Origin: Botryllus schlosseri
Lineage: Eukaryota
Reading direction: 5' to 3'
Length of the DNA: 64,000 nucleotides
NCBI GenBank assembly: GCA_051294905.1
Contig: CM119372.1
Coordinates: forward strand, 14,076,001 to 14,140,000
Position numbers and translations under genes: made by a program
Shown: positions 1 to 12,400 of the stretch, piece after piece
How positions within the stretch are numbered: the first letter of the stretch is position 1
Layout: each line of letters begins with the position of its first letter
The notes under the pieces: generated by a model
The model's database searches: none
Seen by the model: the letters and a program-made list of their open reading frames with translations, nothing else
What the model was told of the DNA's origin: nothing

Positions 1-1139
1 GGCGATTGTGCCTAAAACATTGCGGCGTGGAAGCATATTCTATTGTCGGTATCCATTGCGTATATAAACGCACAGGTGAACGAGGTGAGGATCGATAATC
101 AGGTTTGCGTCTGTTCAATAATTCACGCAGCGGAAACATTGCACTCCTGGTATGTGGATTGGTGATGCGCACGTTGATTGCACTAATTTCTGCCGACCCA
201 CGGTATTAGGAAGTAATAAGCACGAATTCTATGCGGGTAACGGTCGTTTTTCATGGTTGTGACATTTGTCTGTGTCAGTGTGGATTTGAATCAGGCAAAG
301 TTGGCGTTGGTCTAGTGATGTTCATTCCGATACCAGGATGTGTTTAGTGCTTACTGCACAGTCATTATTGTAGTAGAGTGTAAACAACACATGAGCTACA
401 ACTGGATTAGGCACTGTTTTTGTGCAATGATAAGTTATCTCCAAGTAGCGTTCAACAACGTCTTCATTGATGACTTGCCGCCAAGAGAAATTTATAGTTC
501 CGTTTTTACTAACTTTGAGTAGAGTTCAGCTCGCCCAGGCAGCCCTTGTAGCTAACTTCGTCTATTCTTTTACATTATTAAGTTCAATGGCAAACAGCCT
601 CTGACCATTATATCAACTTGCCCTTCTCATGAATAAGTCAAGGATCCCTGTCTAATGGAACCACTGCATATATGAATATCAATAACTCTAACTTCCTCAA
701 ATGGAAACATTAGTACTCTCTGGTAAAGTTTGCACAAGCAATCACTGTTACTGCATCCCTTTGAAAATTAAATTAGAAGCTGTTATGCTGATAAGATTGC
801 TTCAAAGCATCGCATCCTGTGGTTTGTATCAAATATTTATTGAGATAAATTGATAATATCAATCACCATTGTGGGATTGTGCGCATGTTGTATTTCGGAG
901 TCAAGTACCAGCTATCTGTGTTGATTTTGTTCTTGATCAATTGAATCTAAGTAGGACTCGTATGCTTGCCTCGCAAAGATTAGGAACTTGGAACACCCAA
1001 CTGTATTCATGAGCATGATTAGACAGTAGGTTCATAGATGCGTTATGTTACTTAGGAATTATAGCTTATACAGGGATTTTCTGTTTGGTAACGTTCTAGC
1101 CGGCTTGTCATGTTAACATGGAATGAAATGTTTTCGCAG

Positions 1140-4100
1140 AAACAGAACACTGCAGACCTAGCAATAGAAACGAACCCAGAAGGAGACGGTTCTGAGAATC
1201 AAGATCAAAGCATCGTTCGCTCTCCACCTGCGGGAACGAAGGAGACTCCCAACTACAAGGCTAGCATTGACCTCGAACAAGCAAAAAAATTATTTGAGGC
1301 CGACACTTCTTCACCTCGTAGCGGCCGGTCGAGCAGATGTAAGTTATCTAATCGGTTAATCGTAAGTTGCATGCATGAATAAAAATTTAAACAGTATTGG
1401 GCACCGGGCGGGGCCATATATGCGTATCGTGTTCAGTTACGAAATCACTTTTGACCTGGATGGAAACATGCTGCAAATCCAGTCAATTTTCAGTTAATTG
1501 ATGATTCGGTCCACCATAGTCTGGCTGCTCGCCTGTATTATTGATAGCTGCAATATAAAAGATAAGATGCAGAGTTGCTTGCATAATTAATTATATGGCA
1601 GAGTTGAATGATAGGAATAATTTAGTTGTATGGATTACATGTGCCCACGTGCAGTGTGTTCTTGGTTATCTTTCTGATAAACACATAAACTTTTATCTTT
1701 CAGCTTCCAGCGCCAGCTTTCGCCGTAGATCCCCACGCAGCCAATCTACTCCTTCTCCGGTAAATCGTGGCCGTCTCTCTGTAAGCTCCTCCAAATCTCC
1801 GTCCCCCGTTCGTACATCGTCTCGTAACTCAAGCTCGTCGAATCGAGGGTCTTCTCCCCGAGGCAGGTCTCCGAAAAAGTTTGGTGATCCTGACGTGGTC
1901 GTGTTGGAACACGCGGAAGTGAACTATTACTACGAGGACAACGACTCTCGGTTAATATCGAAAAGCAAAAGCCCCAATCGCAGTCATACGTCTGATGAGA
2001 TGAGCGACGCGGAAGTTGTCAAACCGCCACCCGCTGGCACTAAAGAAGAAGCCGATTATGTCCCATCTGTGGACCTCCGATCAGTCCGTAGTATGTTTGA
2101 GCGTAGTAAGGTGAGACGTGTGATTCTGTATATATATGAATCTTGTTTTGCATCCTACTTAAGAGTCAAATTCTGCCATCAAACTGACAACTGGGCCAGC
2201 GTTAATATCCAAATATAATGTTTTCGTAATTCTTTCACATACATCCTTATCAAATGAATCTTTCAGCAATGATCCTGTTGCATTAAACTGCATGCACATG
2301 TCCTCAAATTGCATTCATATCATTGTTGCAGGTCCATATATATTGCTCGACTACTAATTTGTACAGTGATGATGGTTGCAATATGTGTTTGGGTAAATCG
2401 GTTTGATGCACATCCAAGTGTACCGTAGGTGGTCGTCAATACTCTTATTGCAATTGCATATTTTGTGTCTGTATAATTTATGTTACTCTCTAAATATTGC
2501 TCAGGGACGGTTCTTGTCACGCGTATGGGTAACATGATCATATTTTTATGTTTTTTGTGTTTTCTCTGTCGCTAAGGAAGCGGACTTAACTCCTAAACCA
2601 GTGCCCAAGAAACCTGTTGCTGTCAAGAAGTCTGACCCGGTTTCAGCAGACAATGCATCAGAACCTACTGAGGTCATTCGATCCACGGTTGCTGGAGCAA
2701 GAGTGAGTTGTTTATGGATTTGAGTGAAGTTAATGACTTGATGCAAGCTCGTCTGTCTAAGGTTCTAGGTTTTATAAGTGGAATAATCTTGCTAAACGCC
2801 GTTCATCTGGTTTTTACAATGCTGGTATGGAACTCTATTTTTACCTGCTTGTGGTTTGGTTGTAACCAGAACATGCCACTATTCCAATAACCAGTCTTTC
2901 ATATCCTCCATTATGACGAGAGGTTAGTTTTAGACTCGAGCGTTGAGGGAAATTAGTCTTTCCCGATTTTTGCAAAGTATGCTTAGACAGTCCTTCACTT
3001 ATTGCCTTGGATGAACCCTTAGCAATCTTCAAACTGTTGCTCAGCGTTATTTTTTCTGAACAGGAAGAACCCGAGTACGAGACCGCTATTGATATCAAAT
3101 CGGCACGTTCTATTTTCGAATCTCCGAATAAAGTTGAGAACTACGTGCCGAAGAACAAAATAAGACAGCGTGAGGAGGAGGCGAGACGGCAACGGGCTGC
3201 AGCGGCCGCTGCCTCCCCGCGCAGCAGCGAATCCAGCGAGGCATCCAGCGTTGACGTGGTGCGGACGCGCGATAAATTGAGCCTGATCAAAATACTGAAT
3301 GGTGACTAATTACAGATTAAATCTAGCGAACCGGGTGCAAAGGATGACATGGAATATCAAGTTGATTTGAAAGCTACCAAGAAGCTTTTTGAAGGTGGCC
3401 GTGCTCCAGAACCTATCAAGTAATAGATATCTTTATTTATCTTCTTCGATGGTGTTGTTTAAGAATATTGTGTGATTCGCAGACGAGAAACATCGAGGTC
3501 CAAACCAAAATATGTAGAAGTCAGTGCGGATGTCATTCGACCGGAGCCTGCTGGAACGAAGGAAGTGGTCCAGTTTGAGAAGTCCGCTGATCTTCTGTAA
3601 GTTGATTTTCCATACTGCTTGGTTATATGAACGGATTGAATTAATCCTTCTGCGTATACTAATTTGTTGTATGTAGTACAATTTTGAAAATATCCAGCAA
3701 CAGTAATCTGTGAAATCTTTGTCTGGTTCGGTCTCTGACAACCTGGCTGTCCCAGCATGTAAAATTAATGTGTCGACAGGTCGGCCAAGAAGCGATTTGA
3801 GAGTACCAGCCACGAAGATGTTGAAGATGAATCGAAACGTAAAGACCCCATTGATATGCAAGAGGAGAAGCGCCTGGTCATGCAGAAAGATCAGGAGGTC
3901 AAGGAGGAAGTGCATCAGGTACGACTCTTTTTCATTGCGACGCGCCCATAATTGGGTTATAGGACGGCTGGTATGTGTTCTGTCAGCATGAGTAATTAGC
4001 AAAATTTCTGGTAGAAAATAGTTTACCTCCGACAACGGAGTATGATTGTTCCAATTTCCTTCCCGTAGCGACACACCAGCCAGAGTGATCTCGCAACAGA

Positions 4101-7100
4101 AAATGTAATGTCGAGCCCTGACCGAAATATCACCAAGATATCGGCGGTAGAAATCACGATGACATCCGTCAAGAAGGTGTGAGTGATGCCAATGCTGCGA
4201 TACGCATTGTCGTAACATTGCTGATATTGAAAAGCTTTGCTGCGCACAGCGTGGGTGGCATAGAACACTCCAAAAATTTATGGCGGCCTCTTTTCGAGGA
4301 ACTTCCTGCTTACGCATAACGTTCGCATTACTCTATGTAACATGTACGATTCCGGTGACCTTTTCCTGCCCAGTTTTATTTTCAAATACTTCTGTTGAAT
4401 GACTGGCAATTTGCATGGCCAATGTTTGCTCGGTGATGTGTGATTTATCGTGAAATACCATAAATCACGAATAATGCTTCAGTCCGCCGAAGATACGGAT
4501 AGCAAGGCGACTGGCGACGATTTAGTCGTGGATCGTGTGGAATCGGACGAATCTGATGAAGCTCAGCTGAGTAATGCTGCAAACGACTCGTCGGTCAAGC
4601 GACATTCCGTGTCGTCAGAAGATTTGGAAGAAAAAGACGGCATCGACGAGGATTTATCATATCACGATGCAGAAGATCAGCTACATTCGGAGGGAGTTGA
4701 TAACCCCGACGATTTTGAATCTGTTGCGAATCCCGAGTCGGAGCAAGAACAGGTCTTGCACAATTCCGATAAAGAAACTGCATACAGTGAAGGAGACCGC
4801 GAGCCGGAGGTTTGCTAATTCTCATGCATGCCCGAATCTTTGTGTTTGTACTTCGCACAAGCTTATCAGTTAGATATGTAATGCTTACCTGTAGTGGGAG
4901 AACGTGCTGTGCATGAAAAATCTTGTAGAATTTGTACTTCTGCTCTAACTTTTGCTTTCCCTCTATTCCTGTATCTCACTTGCATGATAGATACTTTGAA
5001 CTCTTCGGTAAATTCTACTCTTGACACGGTTAGAGAAAACGCCACAGTCAATTTGTGGGTTTGTACATGAGATGATAATTTGCTGCAAGCTCATTCTATG
5101 TTCATGGTTGAAACTTGAAATCCAACATTAATTGATGTGGCACCTTCAATTTTTGCGGAACAAAGTTATCTGGAATGGTCATGCGCATATAAAGTCCAGC
5201 GATTGAGGCAAATTTGTCTTCTACCAGCTCAAATCAAACTTTATGTAAGAGATGGGTTACTTTGAACCTGTCAAATACTCGTATGACTGCGTGCCAAAAG
5301 TATTGACTCGGCTTTTAGCTATTGTCCTCATGAAATCTTGCATATGCGCGTTTTCCTCTTCACTTCTAGGTGTCTCCATCGAATTATTTTCACGGATATT
5401 TCTTCCCTGTCTTGAACTTTCCTCTTATTCTTGTCTTCCTGTTGCTGCTTTCCGACTTTCCTGATCCTTTCCGTCTGCCAGGTACCTTACTGCCTTCGTT
5501 TTTCTATCGGTGACCACCCGATTTTTCTCTGCAGCAAGAAGAACCAGCGGCAGCGGTGGTTCCGGTGCGAGTAGCGATAACGGAAGACTTGGGAGAAAAG
5601 CAAGGTCGGTGACGTGAACTTGTGGTGATTAACAAGAATTGCGTGTCTAGCCGGTTCTTGTTGCAGAAAATGATATTGCTCAGGAGTACGAAACTTACAC
5701 CAATGTGATTGATTACAGTGAAGAAGTTCAGCATCAAGCTGTGAGTTGGTTATTTGTATTGGATTGCTGAATTTCTTGAATGTTTACTCTCAAAATCGGA
5801 GTTGAAGCAGCGTTACTTGAATGCAGAAATAGCAGTGTCGATAAAAAGCATTCGAGTAGCGAAGTGATGCAATTGGTAAATTATCTATTCAGTTTGTGAT
5901 AAGGAATATATTTTCGTGCCATTGCGATGATTTTGCTGAATAATGACATGCAATTCTGTCCAGAAAAGTCGTGAAGTTCAAGTATGCTACTAATTCCAGG
6001 AGCTGGGTAGAAGTTGTTTTAGTGGCAATATTTCCCAAGAAAGTAACACAGTTTCTTTGCTTGGTCGGTCAAGTGTTTGTGAAAAGTGGTTGAAATCTAG
6101 TCATTAGTTACTTGGGTGAAGATATTTTTTGTGCGAAAACTGTTGTTGAGCTATAAGCGCTGGCGGTAGAAATATATTTTCAGCCCGCAAAATTTATTCT
6201 TTCTTTTGCTACCATTTCTCATATTTCCTCCATCTAGATTTTCCTTATCCCGTGGGATACCCATTCTTCTTCCCTCTCTCTTCTTACACTTCCGCCATTT
6301 CTGAAGTCGGATGTCCTTCACGTCTTATCTCTATCGCACGACACGACGGATGAAGATGCTTTGTTGGGAATATCTGCCTTTAAATTTTTCGTGTGCAGAC
6401 TTTAAAATTCACAAGCAAATGCCACTAAAATTTCACGTTTAACGCAATTAGGGATTCTTTGTATGATTTTCGTAGCTCACCAGCCACTACTCTGTTATTG
6501 AAAACATGGCACAGTAATCACAATCCCTATTGTGTTATATGTAATGTTGATATGTCGGTGATGGCCCTGATGGGTTACCTTGTCGAAGAGTATTGATGCC
6601 CTCTTGTTGACAAAGGCGAAGAACTTTTTCCATGATCACATCATCCGCTCAATACTGTATCTTTATGCATACATATAGAGTCTGGGTTTGTAATGCAGTC
6701 GCCTTTCTTTCCGTGTGTCTATCTTTTCCGTCCGTTTCAGTCGAGTTCTGACAGCGAAGGCGACGACACCGCTAAAGAAACGCCGGTGGTTAACGGCAAC
6801 AATATCCCCGAAAACGGATACGAGGAGCCCGTAGCGCCGCAAGAGAGCAAAGAATCCGGCAAAGGACTTGTCAATACGGATGAGGCGCTTGCCCCGAACG
6901 GTCAGCAGGAAATCGCAGGTAAAACCCACACGATGTCAGACGGCTCGTTAGACAGCGGGGATCGGCCCGACAGCAAACCACGGCAGTTGGATCCCTTTGA
7001 TTTCGGTGATATCGTCGGACCACCGCAACTGCCTACCGAGGAAGTGAAAAGCGACCCGTTTGTTGTTAGCTTTGATCCCGTGCCGTCTGCGCCCGCGCCG

Positions 7101-7475
7101 CCGCCGCGGGGTAGTAAGGCAAAGAAAACACCCGCTCCTAAACCAGATGCGAGCAGCAGTAGTAGCGACGACGATGACGCGAACACACCGCACTTTAGTT
7201 ATCCGTTCGGAGATGATGATGCGCACCAAACAGGCGCCGCTCCCAGTAACGGCTTTGATATGTTAGGCCAGATTCAATCAAACGCGAACACAAAGCCAGC
7301 CGCTACGGCGCAAGCCGACAGCGTCGACTTGCTGGGAGGCTTTGATCCTTTCGCCGCTGCCACGCCCGCGGCCAGTAACGGCACCGCCGATAATGTAGAT
7401 CCCTTTGACATCTTCGCCACTCCCGTCCAACAAAACTCGACCGGCCCGAAAGATCCTTTCGATCTCTTTGCTTGA
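1140..7475 (+). CDS. 5'-partial multi-exon gene for a disordered repeat protein (Xin-like putative actin-binding repeats plus C-terminal DPF/DLL endocytic-type motifs)
   Basis: Exons joined by hand with GT-AG introns and consistent phase: 1140-1338, 1704-2110, 2577-2702, 3064-3258, 3316-3419, 3483-3596, 3780-3918, 4069-4176, 4483-4809, 5535-5604, 5667-5740, 6741-7475 (stop TGA); ~865 aa in the window. No start codon identified, probably upstream. Ser/Arg-rich, acidic and Pro-rich segments. Product name is inferred from motif resemblance. Confidence 0.8.
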
Positions 7476-9470
7476 TGATCACAATAGGTTCCGACCAAAA
7501 TTGATCGTTGATTGAGATACGAGGCCGTGATCGCGCACAACGGTCGCTGTTAATTGAAGCACCCGTTTTAAAACAATCGGTTCGATCTCGATAATTCCGT
7601 AATCTGTTTGTTTCTTGCCACACGCAGCTGACGGCGACGGAAATGACACGCAATAATTGGGGCGACTGTAATTGTGACTTCCGCAATCATCACACGCGAC
7701 GGCTACATTGACTGGGAATAGATAATTTCACACCGAGAGTAATTCTTTGCGATTGCTATAAATCCTCCGAAATCGACTCGGTCTCTTGAGTGTTTCCGTT
7801 GATTTGTACGGCATGACAAGTCGTTGCATGGTAACCAAATTAGGGTTGATTTAAGTCTGCTGTGCCGCTGCATGTCCACGCGCACGTATCTGTTCTCTCT
7901 GGCGGCCCTTTTGTAAATACTTTTCGAACTTGCAAGAGCTATAATCAACGGCCGGGATAGCGAAAACTTGCGCTGCAGTTGATGGTGTCGCCAGTTTGTG
8001 TGGGACCCGTAACCGTACCAGTGTTACGAATTAAAATCGAAAGACATAGCATGCATTCCCGAAACTTATATTAACAAACGTTTATTACCTGTTGAAATTC
8101 AGAATAACGCGAACAATAATCATAACACTAACACACATAATAATCGAGTGTTGCGTTCGATCTGATTTGCTGCTGTGCATGTATTTTCTCTCATCTGCAC
8201 GATAAATTTTCCGTATTTGTGTTTTGTGTAAAGGCGGTTGCATGTACATAAAAACTGCCGTCACGAAAAGCATGATTCGCGTTGATTTACGGATTGTGTG
8301 GACCCTTTCTTAGCGACGGCTGCGAATAGAGGCGACCTAATCACGATTATGCGGTAGACTTGTTCTGCACTTTTTTCTTGCGTTGCTGCTGTATTGGAGA
8401 TTGCCATTGCGATCGCTGCGCTAATATGGTTTTTTACCAACTCGGCACGTTTGTGTTATATATAGTTTTCTCTTTTTCCAATCTTTGATGCTATAAACTT
8501 TGTGCAGACATTAACAGCTTGATTACCTTGATCGGTTCTTATATTCTATCTTGATCACTTTCATATGGATGCGTTCTGTAACTATGTTTCGCGAGCAGCT
8601 TGCAATATTCTGATCATTGTGCCGAGATAAATGCGGAGGGCTTGATACCTAGTAGTGGTTGCTTTCTTGACGGCGCCCCAAATTCATTGTACGATTGAGT
8701 GTTGTTTTTACGCTTGTTCTATTTGTTACCTGCTTATTATCAGCGTTAGCCCTCTGTTTGCTTGGACTTTAATTGTCGTGCTTGCGTCTATGCCGAGTCT
8801 GATTGATTCTCTAGTCTACAGTGATCTGGTGTATCACTCTTAACTTGCGATGTATGTAGAAATTATACTGTACGAGATAAATTATACGACACGTTGTGTA
8901 TACACTCGTGGTGTTTCTATGCGATAGCGGGAGGGAGGATACAGGCGGTTTCGATAGCTTTTATAATCGCGCGGAGGTTACTACGTCAACACGCAATCCG
9001 TGCAGTTAGAGTAGCTGTCTAAGCGTCCATCGTTAAAACCGCGCCTTAGTCGGTGTGATTGGTACAGGATTCTAAAATGGTCGACGTCCTTTGCAGTTGG
9101 GGCAGAAATTTGTGTTTCGTGTGAACACTCAGTGATAGCAGCGTATCATGACTTCATGACAGAAAAGACCGTGTCAGTACGTTTATCCATTTGTGTCCTA
9201 TGCCTAGCGCCCTTGCTCACTTTCGGACCCGCTGCCACTTTTGATTTTATTTCATTGTACCAGAGAGCAATAAACTGGTGATTTGTACTTCCTTTCTGCT
9301 GGATCTGTATTGTACTCCACATCTGCTCTAATGACGAGGCGGATGAAGCAATCGTGTTGCTGTCGAACGATAGACATCAAAATTATACAGACACGGTACA
9401 GTCACGTAGTCGATTTTAATCCGTTCACTCAACGCATGCATCAATGCTAAAACCCAATTTCCGTTTCCCG

Positions 9471-12400
9471 TTATTTTTCTTCGACGTCCTGGTTGGTGGT
9501 TTTCTGGTGGCCGCGTAGCTCTTTTACTTTGCGCATTAAAATTCTGAAGTGGTTCGCAAAGAAATGCGCGATGTCCACGATAGTTACCACGCTTATGCCG
9601 AGCCATAAGCCTAATTGACCGCCAACATCACCTGGAAATATTTGCAACAGATTAAGTGATAAGAATTTCCTACTTGATGACGAGGAACGGCCAACAATTA
9701 CAACCGGCGCAGGCAGGTTGAAAAGTCGCAATTATTCTTGCGTAAGGGTAAGATTTATTATATAGTGTCGCCATAAGGGAGAACAAAATCGATTAACAGC
9801 TGATGCTAATCGCGTACTGATCGACAAGCCAAGAAAAGATTACCATTTCAAGGGATTGATTGTCAATGTTCAATTGTTCATTCCTATAACTGATGCAGTT
9901 GGAGGATAATTTATATCAGTGGTCGAGATCATCTTTGGCATCGACACCTTCACTTTCGTCATATATGTTCGGAGTTGAGCATTAGTACGAATGTGCAATT
10001 GTGCATGGTTCGTGAATGAAACGTTGAGTATCACAACAAGTACTTTTAAGCAATAATATTTCCAGTTGAAAAGGATCTATTGACGCGAGATCGCATCGTA
10101 CATAACTACGTTTTCAAATCAGTTGACTCTATGCTTTAATTCACTGTCTTCTCATTTATGGGATATCAGTTTGGGGATCCATTTGAAAGAGACTGCAAGT
10201 CGTGCAAAATTGGCCATACGCAGTTCTTGTAAATGTAGATATGGAAATTGCAAACTTTAGGATATGGAAGATGAGGTTTCAAATTGGAGGTCTTGAAATT
10301 CCTGCTTGGTTGTCAACCAGACGTGGGGTAATCGTGATTAGTAATCGTAATCGATTACGACGATTACAGCATTTCCAAGTAATCGTAATCGCAATCGATT
10401 ACATTCGAAAAAAATCAGAAGTAATCGTAATCGACTACTTCACATATGTAATCGATTTATTTGTGAAAGAACGATTACTTTTCATTTGTGCAATGCCCAT
10501 GACATAAAGTGAACATTCGTGAACAATGAAGAGTGCGATTTAAAACAGGTTTTGGAGAGCATAAATGTAGGATTGTCAAACGCCTCTGCTCATTATTGCG
10601 TCACAACTCACAAGTATTAGCTTGGTTCTTCATTGCGTAACGAATTATCCGCATATAGTAAATAGATATTCAATATGCATGTAGGCCTAGTACTGTGATC
10701 GTATAAGAACACCCGCTATACAGTGGCGTAGCAGCCACTTGGCGGGTCTGGCTCTACGCCAGGGGCGGCAAAATGAGGTTTCACATTGAGAGAGAGAGAG
10801 AGATTGATGGTATTCTTTTTCGCCTGCACCATCGAGATGCTTTGACGACGGAGATGCGATACGGACTTTATAGTGAGGTCATCTAGTCTGCACCCCCCGT
10901 TTTCTTTCTCCTCCGTAATTGCTGAGCGCCTAGCGGGATAACCGCGGATACCAGTTTTCGAGTCTTTGGTCTGAAACAGCCGGGGATCGAACACACGACC
11001 TACCGATCAAGAAGCCGGACGCATTACCATTACCCTATATATCTCGCTCGGCACAGTGTACAAAGCCGGCTAAAAGAAGGGTAATTGGTAGTCCTATAGC
11101 TGGCGTCCCGTGAGCTAAAATTTAATTATACAGGTCTCAATCGAAAGCTAGTGTCGCTCTGATTCCGAAAACACGAATTTATATGTTAACATGGCAATGG
11201 AGCCACTCCGAGTTAGCCGTCAAGGCCGATTGTTCGGAGAGCTCGACGAAAAAGGAGAATGCCGGCAAACAATAAGAAGATGCTGGCATCAGTGTTGTTA
11301 AAGAAGTTAGACGATGTATGTTTCAAGCTTTGGACAGATTTAAACTTGAAGCTGAAACTAGTTTTACCGGCATACACCACTTAAATTATATGTTTGGATT
11401 TTTGAATTCCCACGCGCTGCTGCAAAGCGAAAGTCACAATTTATTCACCAGCGCTTGTAGAAGCACTTATGACGACGAGGTGAACTTTTTGGAGGTAGCA
11501 GCGAAAATTGTCATGCCTCATACCTTCGAATGAGGAATAATATAAACCAGAAGATTGCTAGCTTTTCGTACAAACCAATATGAGGCCTCTAGGACGAACA
11601 CAAATTAAGATATGATCATATAAAGTTGTTCAACTTGAGATTTTAAAAGGGTTAAGAGGCTGGTGCGGAGAGGTGAAACCACGTTTGATCGTAGTGCAAC
11701 AGCGTTTGATGTTTTACAGTGGTTAGTTAATGCAAAGCTACTTGATTCGACACCATATTTATGCTCGTGTCTGAAACTTTATCTGACCATCGGTGTTTCA
11801 ATTGCGAGCTGTGTGAGGAGCTTCTTAAAATTCAAACTGATTAAGTCTTATTTACGTTCCACCATGAATGATGATCGGCTATCAGCTCTACCCATTATGT
11901 CTATAGACAGAGACTACGTTCAAAAACTTGAATTTGAGGATATTATCGCTGATTTTGCTTTGAGGCGGCTATTGATTTTCTATTTGGACAATACATTCGT
12001 TCGCTATTTCTTGTCTTTATTATTTTTGGCCTTATTAACGTTGAGACGGTGAGGCTGCATGAGACCGGGCATATTATTTGTAATTATTTTTATTGACAAG
12101 ATTGCTTGAACACGAATCTATGTCGAAATATGCTGCGGTCTATACTTAGGGGGGGGGGAGGGGGCGGCATTTTAAGCGAGAGCCAGGGGCGGCAGCACAT
12201 GCTGCTACGCCAGTGCCGCTATGCATCATGTCAGGTTATCAATACACTGCTGACGCCACTACCTCGTAGCGGGATAATAATCACCACTCTGCCTAGTTTC
12301 GAATGGTAACGTATGCACTATGTATTGATGTTTTGTTATGCTCAGGTAAACGCAGTTAGACCGTTGTTGGTTGGCGAGCGGTAGGCCTATTTACGTACAC

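Larger units (their letters stand above)
10721..12215 (+). mobile_element. hAT deletion derivative nested in 10318-13550
   Basis: TIR CAGTGGCGTAGCAGC (one mismatch on the right); TSD CCGCTATA/CCGCTATG; retains a transposase C-terminal fragment. Confidence 0.85.

Noticed and set aside
3433..4317. 294-aa minus-strand ORF
   Set aside because: Antisense to well-supported plus-strand exons and introns; no recognisable motifs.
10984..11037. Possible tRNA gene
   Set aside because: A/B boxes present but no convincing cloverleaf; followed by a long body and (CT)n tail inside a transposon, which fits a SINE.
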